A stretch of 64,000 nt of DNA, taken from the NCBI GenBank assembly GCA_951406725.2, contig OX597821.1:9672001-9736000 (forward strand), read 5' to 3'. Numbering within the stretch: position 1 is the first letter of the stretch; each line of letters starts with the position of its first letter. The stretch comes from Octopus vulgaris (taxonomy: Eukaryota). A model generated the notes under the pieces. It ran no database searches. It was given only the letters and a program-made list of their open reading frames with translations, and was not told the origin of the DNA. The translations under genes were made by a program, and so were the position numbers. Shown in pieces: positions 41,659 through 55,638 of this stretch.

Positions 41659-43169
41659 TAGGAGAAAAAAGATCCAGAGAAGGGAAGACAGAGGAAAAAA
41701 AATCGCCAACGGTACACACGCGGTCACATTTTGAAAGACTGGAAAGAAATGGGTGAAGAAAGGTTTTTTCAAAGACAGGGGAGTGGTAGAGGAGGAGGAA
41801 TGTGTGTGTAAATGTGGATATGTGCGGAGGTCTGCGTGTGCGTGTGTGTGTATGTGTGTATGTGTGCAATGATGACACGTGTGTGTGTGCGTGTGAGTGT
41901 GTATGTGTGTGTGGCTGTGGCTGTTAATCAATGCGTGTTGTAGGGCTAGTAGTGTTAAGGTCAAGGAAGAAGGAATTGGGAGTGGCCGCTTTTGTCTCTA
42001 CCACAGGTCAAGTAGTAGGTATTGCTAGTTTGGAGTATGTGTGTGTGCGTGTATGTACATGTATCGTGTGTGTGTTTTGTTTGTAGTGTGTGTATGTGTG
42101 TGTATGCATGTATGTGTTCGTGTGTGTATGCGTAGAGTTTGGGTGTGTGGCGAATAACTGTGCATTACGTAGTGAATGTGTGCGTGTGTGCTTGTACGTG
42201 CGTATGTTTGTATACATGTATGTATAATTGTGTGCGGGTATGTATAATTGTGTGCCGTGTGTATGGGATGTATGTGTGGGTTCATTTGTGTGTGTATGTG
42301 CGTGCGTGTCGTATGTGGGTGTAGTTGTGTGTATGCGTTTGTATGTGTGTGTGTAAGCGTATATGGGTGTATATACGTGTAACCATGGGGTTGTGAGTTT
42401 TGGGTGTGTGCATTCGTGTGCGTGTGTGCGTGCGTATGTTTTTGCGTGCGTGTGTGTGTCTGTGTCTATATGTGTATACGTATGTGTATGTGTATGTGCA
42501 CGTGAGGCATATATTGTGTGTATGCATATGTATCGGTGTGTATGTGAATTTGTGTGTGCGTGGGTTTTTGGAGTTGTGTGTGCGTATGTACGTGCGAGTA
42601 TGTGTATGTGCGTGTGTGTGAGCGTGGATATGTGTGTCAGGTTGTGTTCATTTTATTGTGTGTGCGCGCGTGTGCTTGAGTATGTGCGTGTATGTGGCTG
42701 TGTGTACGTTTATGTGTGTGTGCTGGATGGGATAGGTTTCTGTGCATTCTTGTGCGTGTGTGTACGTTTGTGTACGTATCTGTGTGCACAGGCATATGTG
42801 TGTGTGCGCGTGGGTGTGTGTGGGTGTGTGTATTTGTGTATGTGTGTGGAAGTATGTGTGCGTATATGTGCATGTATGTTGTATGTGTGTGGTGAGTTGG
42901 AGGTATGTGTGTGTTCGTGGATACGTGAGTATGTATGTGTATGTCTTTGTGTATAAGAACAATAATTTATAAAAACAGTAAAATAATAAAAATATTTAAA
43001 AAATAAAAAAACAAAAATTATAAGATAATAACATAATAAAATAAAAGACGTAATAGCACGTAAGAAAAGAAATGAAAAAAAGACAAAGAAAAAAAGAAAA
43101 GGAGGAAGAAATAAGAAATAAAGTTGCTTGTTGCGGGAGGTGGAGACGCAGTCAATAAGAGGAGGGGGC

Positions 43170-44045
43170 TGTGTGAGTCCGTGCGGGGTATTAGTCTGTA
43201 AAGTGAAAATAAGCCGTTGCTCCAAGTGAAGCTTGTATTGTGGAGGTCCGTTGTGTGGGGCGGGACCAAACACAGAAGTGGCGGGCGACGGAAGAATTGG
43301 AACGCAGCCGGATATGCCTTAGAAGTTCGGGGAACTGGTCGGCCAACCGGCTACATAAAACATCTGTCCTACATAAAACATCCCGCAGAGGTTGCATTTT
43401 ATGCAATATATAAGACCAGACGAAGTGCACGTAAAGAATGTCTAATACGTACAGTTCGCTGGTTGGAGCCGGTGACAGCAGTAGTGTTGGTGATGAAGGG
43501 GCAGGTGTTGCAGCGGGATCTGGAGCACGGGAAGGATCCATGTGGGGCTGAGGGGGAGGAGGAGAGGGTGCTACGGACCAGGAGATCGCGTAGATTCCGG
43601 GCTCGTTTGAAGGAGAACAAGGGTGCGTTGGGGAAAATGGGGCGGGTCGTGGGATCGAGCTGGAGACGACGGAAGGCACGTAGTATCCTCCGACGAAGGG
43701 GTAGAGTGGAGGGGTGGAAAATGAGGGGAAAGGGGGTGCAGTTAGGGGGTTGGTGAGAGGAAGGAGAATTGTGGTGCGGTCGATGCGACGAGCGCGGGCA
43801 AGGGCGTTCAAGACCAGGGTTGGGGAGTATCCTCGTTTGCCTGAACAGGCGGGCCAGGTACTAAGACTGCGTCTCGAAATCCTGGTCGCGGCTGCACAAG
43901 CGTCGGAAGCGGAGGAACTGGGAGTAGTGGATGGCCCGTTTGGTGTGGAAGGGATGGGAGGAGGAGAAGTTGAGATAGAGGTGAAATCCGTGGGTTTGAA
44001 GGAGGTGGAGGTGGTGAGAGAGTGGGAGGGGTGGTCGATGCTAAG
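43170..44045 (-). pseudogene. PLE thumb/linker/GIY-YIG endonuclease coding remnant
   Basis: Motifs listed for the parent element; several frameshifts. Confidence 0.85.
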
Positions 44046-45184
44046 AGAGATGGCCCTTCTTTGAGGAGTCATCCGCCTTCTCGGCAGCCTTTTCCCCTCA
44101 TCTACGGAGGTCTCTGTCAACTGCTCCAGGATCTTAGTTTGTTTCTGGGGACAGTTTTTTTTTTTTATTTGGCCAATAACGTCTGGGAGAGGCACCAATG
44201 ACGTCTGGGAGAGACGACCCTCAAGAATCACCGGGTAGCTGCACGCGACCAGTTTCGGAAGATCTGGAAAAACCAGATTCTTGGCTGATTGTGTCCACAG
44301 GGTCAACACATCTTTTCAACCAACCCAATCAATCGGGGGCAAAATTTTCACACTGAGGAGCTTGGCTCCGCTGCAACCCACGCCTCGAGTGGATAGTCTC
44401 CTCTATCCACTCGGATTCTATCCTGCGTGGCAACCCTCAGACCCAAGTTCTTGTAAACTTCTTCCCACATATTGTGGGAAGAAACAAAATCACTCTGACC
44501 TCCAAGGGCAGGTTCGCAAACTTGCGAGTCTTCTCAGGGGTGTCAAATAGCAACAACGCCATTGCATATTTGATACCCTGGAGATGAATTGAATAGTTAG
44601 CAGATAGTCTGCCAACCCCCTTTCAATAACTGTCTTTTGGAATAGGGCGATGGTGTTGAGCGACTGGAGTAAGTCTTTCCTTCAAAATCTATCATCCATT
44701 GTTCGGGTTTTATAATTTCCCACTCCGAAACATTATCCTCTTTCTTTGCCGTATTTTCGTTTTTTGTAAAAAAAGTTCAAAGGCAGTTCAATATAAAATT
44801 CAAAAAAAGAAGCACGAAAAAGAAAGAAATCAAAAGAAAGTTTCAACAAAAATGAAGGAAGAAAAAAAGAAAACAGTTCAAGAAAAAAAGGAAGTCACAA
44901 AAAAAAAAGATAGAAGGAAAGAAAACAGTCAACAGTGCAAAAACATAGCAAACAAAAAACTCTTCCGGCCACTAGGTATTCCACGCCAAAGGTACTCCAA
45001 TTCGCACCCGGAACGCCACAGCTTCCACAAAAGCTGATAAACAAGTTGTTCTTTCTTCGAGGGCGAGACACTCCTCCCAAACAATAATTCTCACAATTAC
45101 TATACACACACACACACACGCGCACACACACACGCACACACACACACACACTCACACACAGACACACAGACACACACACACACG

Positions 45185-45232
<48 letters not shown>

Positions 45233-45639
45233 CTCTTTATCTGGGCTAAGTTATTCTATTTTACTGCCTTATAGTTAAATACAGTCACCGCTATAACATA
45301 TACTTCTTTTCCTAACACTTTCGCTCCGTCTTGCAACCTTATCAATAGTTGTTGATTCTGACCGTTATTTAAGCTGTGTTCTGTTAGTTTGTTTGAGCGC
45401 ATGTGTGTAGGTGAGTCTGTGCGCACACACTTGTATGTATGTATTTACGTTTGTATGTATTTATGTATGTATGTATGCATGGAAGTATGTATGCATGTAT
45501 GTATGTGTGCGTATGTATATATTAATTTATGTGTATATGTTTGCATGTATACTGCATATTCATATGTTTGTGTGCTCGAGTTTGTGAGTTTTTAAAGTGT
45601 ACCTCTGCCTCCATGTGGGTGCATGTCTGAGTGTGTATA

Positions 45640-45892
45640 TATATTGCATTTCTGTGTGACCATGCTGGTGTACCACTTTTTAGTTGAAGAATTCTACAAC
45701 TAGACTCATTGTTAGTAAGGATGCTGCTTATTCTATCGATATTTTGTCGAAGTACTAAGTTGCTGGGGACGTGAACACACCAGCATTGGTTTCTAAGCGA
45801 TGGTTGGGGAGTGGACCACAGACATACATACACGGAACTTAGAACCATATAGTCTGGAAGTAAGCTTCTTAGCATACTGTCACGCCCACACC
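45640..45892 (-). mobile_element. SINE family B, degenerate with internal deletion
   Basis: ccatgctggtgtaccac..cttattctatcg..aacacaccagcattggtt..gtaagcttcttagcatac. Confidence 0.65.
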
Positions 45893-45978
<86 letters not shown>

Positions 45979-46005
45979 TATATATATACATATATATACA
46001 TATAA

Positions 46006-46065
<60 letters not shown>

Positions 46066-46359
46066 TTAATATGCATATATATATATATATATATATACAT
46101 ATACACTCACATATATATACACATATACATCTATAATGGCTGCACCCTCGTTATCGAGTATGGCCATTGCACGAAGCTTAACTGTTATTGGTGCTGTGAT
46201 TGAATGTGACTTTTATTTGCTTTCTAAGGCTACAGTCAGCCATTCAAATGAGATTCACAGCACCAACAACGATCATGAACAATGTTGATATCATGCAATG
46301 CCTGTGCAAGACGATTTTTATTTAAGTGGGGAAAGTCTGTGCACTGAGTGAATCCCACT

Positions 46360-46800
46360 CACTAAGTAATAGCAGCCATAATCTGAAAATTAGAACAATC
46401 AACATCATCGGTAACCACTGAGCCGCAGGTTTTATGTCGGAGTTATCCCAGTTACCTGAGTTACCCTCTCCTAGAAGGATGCCCTACCAAAGGCTAGGAG
46501 TCCTTCACTCTCAATGATTTAAACGTGCGATCGGGTCTTCAGTCCGATTATTTCTATGTCCTCGCGCATGATACAGCCTTAAACCTTAAGAAAAAAAAAC
46601 TACACATTTATTGGATGGCCGTTGACTCTCAAGAGTTCCTCCGATCTTTGATGGGTTTTGTTTTTCATCCCGCAGGGTGTCCAATAAACACCCTCCTCAC
46701 CAAGCAAGCTTGGTGTAGGTTGCCGGTTTAGTCACCGATGACCCGACCATGCAATAGATTTTACTGGGCTACATGTTACCAGTAGCACTCGAAAGTCACC
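46360..46800 (-). mobile_element. Probable RTE-type LINE 5' UTR fragment
   Basis: Minus strand ctagcctttggtagggcatccttctaggagagggtaac resembles RTE 5' UTR motifs (from memory); two adjacent strong hairpins near 46674-46719. Confidence 0.4.
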
Positions 46801-46843
46801 TAACACTATATACATCTATATATACATACACAAACACACATAC

Positions 46844-46920
<77 letters not shown>

Positions 46921-46956
46921 TGTGTGTGTGCGTGTGTGTTCGTGTGTATGTGTGTG

Positions 46957-46988
<32 letters not shown>

Positions 46989-46991
<3 letters not shown>

Positions 46992-47330
46992 TAATCTTGT
47001 TTGAGAATAATATATTTGGCTTCTAGAAATGTATAGCTGGAATTGTAACTGAACATAAAATCACAAGCTAATCTATCTATCTATCTGTTTGTCTGTCTGT
47101 CTCTCTGTCTGTGTATATGGGTATATATAAATTTATATATAACTGAGAATGTGTGTCTATGTGTGTTCCTTACTAAAACTCAAGACCTATCCAAGCGATT
47201 TCAATCAAATTTTTCACATCAGTTACTTAGCATCCATGAAAAGTCACGGGCCAAAAACATGTTCAGTATCTTGCCTAATGTTGTGCCCGGAGCAATGCAA
47301 ATGATACTAACATATATATATACATATATA

Positions 47331-47368
<38 letters not shown>

Positions 47369-47369
47369 C

Positions 47370-47468
<99 letters not shown>

Positions 47469-47561
47469 TATAGATAGATTAGTTTGTGATTTTATGTTCA
47501 GTTACAATTCCAGCTATACATTTCTAGAAGCCCAATATATTATTCTCAAACAAGATTAGTA
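46989..47561. repeat. Inverted duplication with 91-bp unique arms
   Basis: 46989-47079 is the reverse complement of 47471-47561 (2 mismatches); arms continue into complementary (TCTA)/(TAGA) and (TCTG)/(CAGA) tracts. Confidence 0.9.
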
Positions 47562-48574
47562 TTGACAGTGACTAAGATATTCCAGTCATTTACGCCGTGA
47601 TGGGGCCACGAACCATTGACGTTAATTTCGTTTTTATGTAGTCTCTCTTGAATTAGAATGTTTCTCGGGTGAAAACAAAAATTAACTCAGAAATTGACCA
47701 AATAAAATATACCACAAAATATACCATGAAATGTTCCATTACAAAATATTGATATTCCAGTTAATATTGTTTTAAATAATGGACTTTATGTATTTGATCT
47801 TTCATTTTCAAAGTATAGGAATAAATACAATGAAACCAATGATAACTCAGTTTCCTGGCGCAATTGTGAATATGATAAAATCACATGCAATTCATTAGCA
47901 TTATAGTGATAATGGCGAAACGAAGTAGACCAAAACCCATTCCTGTCATTGGAAATTGCGCAACTTAATTGCGAAGCGTACGTAAGTATGTATGTATGGA
48001 TGAATGGATGGATGGATGGATGGATGGCAGGGCAGATAGGTGGATGGATGCATACATGTATGTAGTTATGTACGTATGCAGGTATATATTTATGCATGTA
48101 TGTGCAGCACAAAAATAGGAAAACAAATATCTTTTAGTCCCAGTACATAAGTTATGAATGAATCCTATGACCAAAAGCAATCCAACTAAAGTACTCATCA
48201 CTTCAAATCCAAACGCAGATCCTGTATTTAGAAGGCATTATTCAATTGTTCATAATTTGTAATAACTTTAAATAGAATTCAAGCTAAGTGGGATAGTATT
48301 TGCAACATGTCAAACAAACACATACACGCCATAACTTAGGTTTTTCTGACGTTGTTTACTTTGAAATCCTCCACGTAGCTGACGTAGCTCTTAAATATAT
48401 TGAATGAAATTCACTTTAAAATCTAGTATATATTTAAAATCTTTTGCTCAAACAAGGCTCAGTGTATATGAACGTCACAAGATCGTCTTGAGTCAAATTG
48501 TCACATAGACAGTATTATCTCAGCATTAAAAATGTACAATAAATCATTCAGCTCTGCAAGGCACCTAGAAGCAA

Positions 48575-48740
48575 TTTCTTCACCTTTACGCTCTTGTGTC
48601 TAATTCTGCTGTGGTTGATTTTGCCGCTCATCCTTTCGGTGTCGATAAAATAAGTACCAGTCTAGGACCAGTGTCGATGTACAGGATGTGCCCCACCTAT
48701 CCACGAAATTACTAGCTTTAAACCCAAATTTCGAAGCAAT
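48575..48740 (+). mobile_element. SINE family C, degenerate
   Basis: tcatcctttcggtgtcgataaaataagtaccagt core. Confidence 0.7.
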
Positions 48741-48812
48741 ATTTACAATTAATATTACAATTAATATCCAGACGCGTGTGACGCACGGCTGTAAATTTTC
48801 GCCAAAATAGCC

Positions 48813-49248
48813 TTACTCTTTACTCTTTTTTACTCCTTTACTCTTTTACTTGTTTCAGTCATTTCACTGCGGCCATGCTGGAACACCGCCTTTAATCGAG
48901 CAACTCGACCCCGGGACTTATTCTTTTGTAAGCCCAGTACTTATTCTATCGGTCTCTTTTGCCGAACCGCTAAGTAACAGGGACATAAACACACCAGCAT
49001 CGGTTGTCAAGCAATGCTAGGGGGACAAACACAGACACACAAACACACACACGCATATATATACATATATATATATACATATATACGACGGCTTCTTTCA
49101 GTTTCCGTCTACCAAATCCACTCACAAGGCTTTGGTCGGCCCGAGGCTATAGTAGAAAACACTTGCCCAAGGTGCCACGCAGTGGGACTGAACCCGAAAC
49201 CATGTGGCTGGTAAACAAGCTTCTTACCACACAGCCACTCCTACGCCT
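48813..49248 (-). mobile_element. SINE family B, full length
   Basis: Near-identical to 37241-37637. Confidence 0.88.
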
Positions 49249-50193
49249 ATGCTTATAACTGACTTAAAATATTAGCGACCTAAGAAAACTGAAATTCATG
49301 TATTTTGCAATCAAAGCAGTATTTCCTAACCTACATCACTCAATAGGCAGACATATACCTTTCAAACACAATCACACATGACTTTCAAACCTACAATTAC
49401 TGAAAAATTACGTTCACTTACACATGTATGCACGTATAAACGCATATGAAATGATAAACAAGAACAAAATGGAATATTGAGCCAAAGGATAATTTGCAGC
49501 ATCCCGAAATGTGAGATGCTTGAAAATAAATATTGCTTAGAGCAACACGCATTTCATTTAATGCTTCTTGTTTAAGTTTTCAAAGAAACAAAAAAATAAA
49601 AACCTGGCACTTCTCCAGATAATTTGCTTCTGTAAAAGAATATCAGCTGTGAGGAAACGTCAGTCAGAATAGAGGAAACAACCAAATACAGTGGCTTGGA
49701 AGAATACCTGTAAATACCTAAGATATCGTCTGCATTAATTATTGCAAGCATTTTCTGGTTAATCAGCAATTAAAAAAATGATCTAACCGCTTAAAAAGCT
49801 TGCCCAGAATTTACTTAAAATAAACTTTACGAATAGTTGTAAAGATAAAGCAACACAAGAGTTTAATAACTAGCATACACTCGAAAAGATGATACATTCA
49901 GGAATATACTCGAGAATATCACCCCCCCCCCAAAGTAAAAAAACGCATATTTATACATGATTTCATGCGTGTATGAGAAGAGGTAAAAGTATTTATTTCT
50001 ATCTGTCTATCAATCTGTAACTCTATATATATGAATCCATCCATTACCGCAGTCATACGTCATTTCTTTTCACTTCATATATATATATATATATATAATG
50101 TCTATGTACACACATCTATATATACTTATATATATATATATATATATATATATAACTTAATTACATGTATATATATGTATTTATATATGTACG

Positions 50194-50226
<33 letters not shown>

Positions 50227-51228
50227 ACATACATACACACACACATATATATATAATATAATATAATTTAAAAAAAAAAATATATATATATAACTATGTA
50301 TATACGAGTAGAAATAAAAATGTAAGAAAAGAAAATAGTTGACCTGTTACATAATTTTCAGACATAGTTTCTTCTTTTTTGACTAATTTCAAGCGGTTGT
50401 AGGCTTCCTTATTCCGTCGAAGATAGCTTCTGATAACTTGATATCGATGTAACTTTCTATAAATATAGCATTTTTTGAAAGTGCATGATTAACTAAGATA
50501 TAAAAAATTACTCTTTGATCGACGAAGAAAATCTCTGAAAAACGAAATCCATTGTATCTATCTAAATTTTATCTCTTTCGCTAATCAAGCTGTTCTTTTT
50601 CTTTCTTGTTTATAGTTTGCGGTACAGATGCGTTTTCTTATTTAGAATGCAAGGTAAACTTAGTTTGACAGCATAGGTTTCCCTAGCTGGAGAATGATTT
50701 AATTATTCCTTAATCATGACTCAGGTTACTAGCTTATATATAAACTATAATATTTCTTTCTATATTTTTCATGGGCTGTAACAGAAGCTCATCTGGACAA
50801 TTATAGCTTAATATATTTGTTGATATTTAGTAAGTCTATCAAAGTAATATAAATGCAAAATCTGGATATTGTTTCTGTATCCATCCTAAACCAATATCAT
50901 TGATCTTAGCTTGGCTCAAACTGATAACACGATATTATCAAACTGCGCTTACCATAAATCTTGGCTGTCAAACTTTTTTATTTTTTAAATCTCTGATAAG
51001 CAAACGTGAAATAAAGAAGTGTTAAGTTAGAAACAAAGCGTTTTTAGACATTTCTTTTAATGTTTCCTAGAGGAAATAAAATAAAAAGAATATCCTTTTA
51101 TTCTCTTCAGCGAGTTATTGGTTTGACTGAAATGCATAGACAATGATAACATTCAGAGAGCTGCATTACATACGTTCTACCAATTATGTATGCAATTATT
51201 AATGTATATGCTACATACAAGTGACAGT

Positions 51229-51610
51229 GTGGAGGCGCAATGGCCCAGTGGTTAGAGCAACAGACTTGCGGAGGTGGGATCGCGGTTTCGATTTCCAGAC
51301 CGGGCATTGTGAGTGTTTATTGAGCGAAAACAGCTAAAGCTCCACGACTCTCCAAAAAATATGCTGGCGAACGCTGCTGTAATCCACACTGCAACGTCCT
51401 CTCACCCTTTCTCTCTATTTCTGTTGTACCTGTAATTCAAATGGCCAGCATTGTTACACTCTGTCTCACGCTGAATCTCCTCAAACACTACTTTAAGAGT
51501 ATACGTGTGTGTGGAGTGCTCAGCTATTTACATATTAATTTCACGAGCAGACTGTTCCGTTCATCGGATCAACTGGAATCCTCGACGTCGTAACAGACGG
51601 AGTGCCACGA
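51229..51610 (+). mobile_element. tRNA-derived SINE, family A
   Basis: Aligns with 6770-7165; TSD gtgacagt at 51221-51228 and 51614-51621. Confidence 0.85.
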
Positions 51611-52474
51611 CATGTGACAGTAAACAAATGCAAATATCTCTCACAGAATTTGTCATTGATATCTTTCGATAAATAAACGTTTACGAATAATATGTGCTAC
51701 ACATAAACATGCTTTAAGAAACTTATGGTGATATATAGTAAATATATATTTTAATATATCGTTACGTGCCCTGAATTTAACGTTAAATATAAAGATGTGT
51801 TTGTGTGTATATGTATCTTTGTGTGAGTGTGCGTGTGTGTGATCTAGATATGTGTGTGAGAAAGAATAACAATATGTTCTAACCTACACTGCAAAATCCA
51901 CCCGAAACAGAATGTTATTTCGTGTAAATTTTGTGGAACGAAGTCTCTCAAAAGTCTTGTTTTGATTTCCTTAAAAACCTAGGAAAATAAATCTTAACTG
52001 TCACAACAATTAAAAGAGTTCTCTACCAGTATTAGGAATTGGTTGCTTTGCTAGAGTTCAAGAAATTCAAGCGGATGTTTCCATTCGCAGAAAAAACGAA
52101 TGTTAATTGTATTCATCTTATGCTGCATCGTGTTGGGAACGGTTTTTCATGCTTTACGTTTTTTCCCTCTTCTACGCATACAAAAACGTTTCCTTTTGTA
52201 TAGAATGCTTTCTCAGCACACATTACAATACACTAAGAACAGCTTTGTATTTGTTACGGAGAAACACACCGTCCAGTTTTGTAACGGTGTTATTCCAGCT
52301 GCTGAGTTGCCAATTATTTTAGTATGCAGTCAATCAACTGTAGAATGCCATACATTTAATTATTTTTTAATGTTTCAGTCCCTCTTAAAATTCACTCGAC
52401 GCATCTTTGCTGCGTAGATTTTTCAGTGAATACTTAAAATTAAGTACAGAAATGAAAGCCATTAATATTAGTTT

Positions 52475-52680
52475 CAAATTTTGACACAAGGCCAGAAAAT
52501 TCGGGTAAGGGGGCAATCAGTTACATCAGCCAATTATTCGTCTGGTACTTATTTTATTCACCCCGAAAAGATAAAAGTCAACGTCGACCTCGGTTGAATT
52601 TGAACTCAGAAGGTAAATGCGGATGAAATTTCCGTAAGCATTTTTTCCCGGGCGCTAACGATACTACCAATTCGCTACCC
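52475..52680 (-). mobile_element. SINE family C
   Basis: ctggtacttattttattcaccccgaaaagataaaagtcaacgtcgacctcggttgaatttgaactcagaa is the reverse complement of the 8037 core. Confidence 0.75.
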
Positions 52681-52982
52681 TACTTACACCATTAATGTTG
52701 GAAACAGTTTCCTTTGCTTTGTTACTTATTTTAAATCCGAAAATAAGATAGGAACAGTTTGCATTCTTTTGCTTCATTTCTCACACAAGATAATTACCAT
52801 GAAATTTCAGAGAGAATAAAGGCACCATATTTCCATGCACTGAAATAACATAACCATATGTGAAACCGTGTTTAATCCTAAGTAAGCGCAAAAATTGTAA
52901 AGAAAACAGCATTAGGTTTTCGTTAAATGGATTTACACTCAGGCACACATATGCATACGCACACACATATGCACACATATAG

Positions 52983-53049
<67 letters not shown>

Positions 53050-54115
53050 TATGTACATATATATATATAAATACACATTAAAAGAAATATATTAAATTTT
53101 TCTAGTATACTTTATACAAATTAATTTATTACATATTGATCAGCATTTTAAACATAGCTTAATTAAAAGACTGAGTGTAATATATCGCATCTGTTACCTA
53201 ATTCCTGGGTTTCTTGCCGTAATAGTTATCATCGTGACAGTTTGATTAGGGAAAGCAAACATCGTGTAACTGCTTCAGTTTACTATAACAAAATGTGAAA
53301 TTTACTACGCTGCATTAATCAGAACATGAATTCCCGTCATTTGATTAAATAGATGTGTACACTTGCGAGTAAATTCAAATGCTGAATATGGATTAGTTAA
53401 GATTCAAAAATTATATGAACCTAGAGAATTATATGAACCTAGGCAAGAGAGAGAGAGAGAGAGTGTGTGAGAGAGAGAGCAAGGGAGAAAGAGATAGAGA
53501 TGATACATATATACCTTTTGTTTATTATATGTAGGTAAGTAAATATGTGAGCTAACATAATCTGCCAGACCAAAATATATAAAAGAAAAACATTTCTTTC
53601 AACAAACATTTTTTATCAAAAGACAAGTATCTTACGCCTCATTTACGTCACAAACCTAGACACACACCTAAAACATAAAATATTACTGAGAAAGAATTTG
53701 GGAACACATTTAACCGTTATATTTCTCACCAAATGTTAGCAATTCAAATGCCTTCACAAGAAACCCCTTTAATATCCCACCAACTCAACTCCACCCCAAT
53801 CAAGTTGCTTATCACCATTCACAATTTTCTTTCAGCTCTTATGCACCAAAACACTTGCACTCCGACACTGATTGACAAAGCCCCAAACCCTCCGACAACG
53901 AAAGCGACAGGGTTGTCCAGAAACGTCAACGAGGAATTTTAAAAAGAAATCTCCCCATCCAAGTTAACAAAGAACTTACTAGACGTATGAAATGAAGTGT
54001 AAAATAAGTATTATTAAAAAGTTAAAAATTAATGAATTAAAATGATTGGAACTACCAGTGAAGTCATCTTTTTCTCAAATATACCCCACAGTACCAAGGA
54101 TGCACATTTTTCTCA

Positions 54116-54117
<2 letters not shown>

Positions 54118-54169
<52 letters not shown>

Positions 54170-54232
54170 GTATATATATAATATATATATATATATATAC
54201 ACATATACATATATATATATGCATATATATAT

Positions 54233-54281
<49 letters not shown>

Positions 54282-54414
54282 TATACATATATATACATAT
54301 ATACATATATATACATATATATATATTTATACATATATACATATATATATACATATATATACATACATATATATTTATACATATATATATATATATATAT
54401 ACATATATATATAC

Positions 54415-54445
<31 letters not shown>

Positions 54446-54558
54446 CATATACATATATGCATATACATATATATACATATATACATATATACATACATAT
54501 ATATATATATACATATATATATATACATATACGTATATATACATACATATATATATAC

Positions 54559-54590
<32 letters not shown>

Positions 54591-54721
54591 GTATGAACGT
54601 ATGCATGTATACATATATATATAGATATATATATAGATATATACATATATAAATATATATATATATGTGTGTATATATATTTTATATATATATGCATGTG
54701 TGCGTATATCTATATATGCGG

Positions 54722-54758
<37 letters not shown>

Positions 54759-54782
54759 TAGATAGATAGATATATATATATA
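54118..54782. repeat. Long degenerate (TA)n/(TACA)n tract
   Basis: Directly visible. Confidence 0.95.
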
Positions 54783-54840
54783 AAAAGAGATTGGTAGATA
54801 AGATATACATGTGCGTGTGTGCGTGACCCTGTATCTATGA

Positions 54841-54893
<53 letters not shown>

Positions 54894-54910
54894 GAATACC
54901 TTTTATTACA

Positions 54911-54990
54911 TTCTACACATGTTTCGAAGGCCACAAATGTCCAAATTCTTTTTAAATAAGGGTACCATATTGCGGCTTTCTCTTCAGGAA
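54911..54990 (-). ncRNA. Type I hammerhead ribozyme motif
   Basis: Minus strand ttc CTGAAGA gaaagccgcaa..ttgtggccttc GAAA catgtg TA gaa: 11-position stem II with one mismatch, short stem III, 3-bp stem I; lies in a (TA)n-flanked insert 54888-55195. Confidence 0.75.
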
Positions 54991-55188
54991 AAAAAACAGG
55001 AATTCCGTTGACAGGACAAAACGAAACAGAGGCACAGCAATTCGAACGAAGATGCTCCTTAGGAGCCCATGGCTGCAACACCAAATTGTCTTATCTCCAA
55101 CCGTGCTGTTTTCCGCTGCGATTTTTGCTACCCAGGTATCGGTTAAACCTTTGAATAATCTGTTACAAGAAAATTCATCTTTCTATTT

Positions 55189-55242
<54 letters not shown>

Positions 55243-55394
55243 AAAAAGAGAGAGTGAGGGAGAAAGAGAATGATAGATAGATACAAATATACATGCTTAT
55301 GATTTTCCTTTATTTCTGGATTGTGAAATAACAGGGATTACTCAATTGAAAACCTGTATTGATTACCGGCTGTAAATTGGATCGAACAACCCAG

Positions 55395-55590
55395 AGTATG
55401 TCCCCGCCATTGCTTGATAACCGATATTTTTGTATTTACGTCCCCGTGAACTAGAGGTTTGATAAAAAATGGAAGTGAATAAGTATTAGGTTCCAGTTGA
55501 ATATAATAAGCACATGGAACGATTAGTTCGTCTAAAATTCGTCAAGGTGGTACCCCAACATGGCCACACTCTATTACGTTAAACATGGAA
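55395..55590 (+). mobile_element. SINE family B, degenerate 3' half
   Basis: tgtccccgccattgcttgataaccgat..tttacgtccccgt..gaataagtatt..aaggtggtaccccaacatggcc. Confidence 0.6.
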
Positions 55591-55638
55591 AAAATTAAAT
55601 TAAATATGTATAGACACAAATGCGCGCACTCACACACG

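Larger units (their letters stand above)
41524..45095 (-). mobile_element. Penelope-like element (Neptune-type linker + GIY-YIG), RT palm absent
   Basis: Minus strand, across frameshifts: TTSTSFKPTD..LYLNFSSSHPFHTKRAIHYSQFLRFRRLCS, RGYS..ALARARRIDR, FKRARNLRDLLVRS, CSRSRCNTC, IYCIKCNLCGMFYVGQ, VARHF, LEQRLIFTLQTNTPHGL; 3' pseudo-LTR with HHR; (TA)n at the 3' flank. The 5' boundary is uncertain. Confidence 0.8.

Noticed and set aside
43191-44309. 372-aa ORF as an intact protein
   Set aside because: It passes in and out of the true PLE frame; the conserved motifs are spread over several frames.
46660-46760. HDV-like ribozyme at the putative RTE 5' end
   Set aside because: Two hairpins are visible but I could not assemble the nested double pseudoknot.
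53868-53930. Hammerhead (gacaac/gttgtc followed by cagaaacgtc)
   Set aside because: No core motif adjacent to the stem; too degenerate to support.
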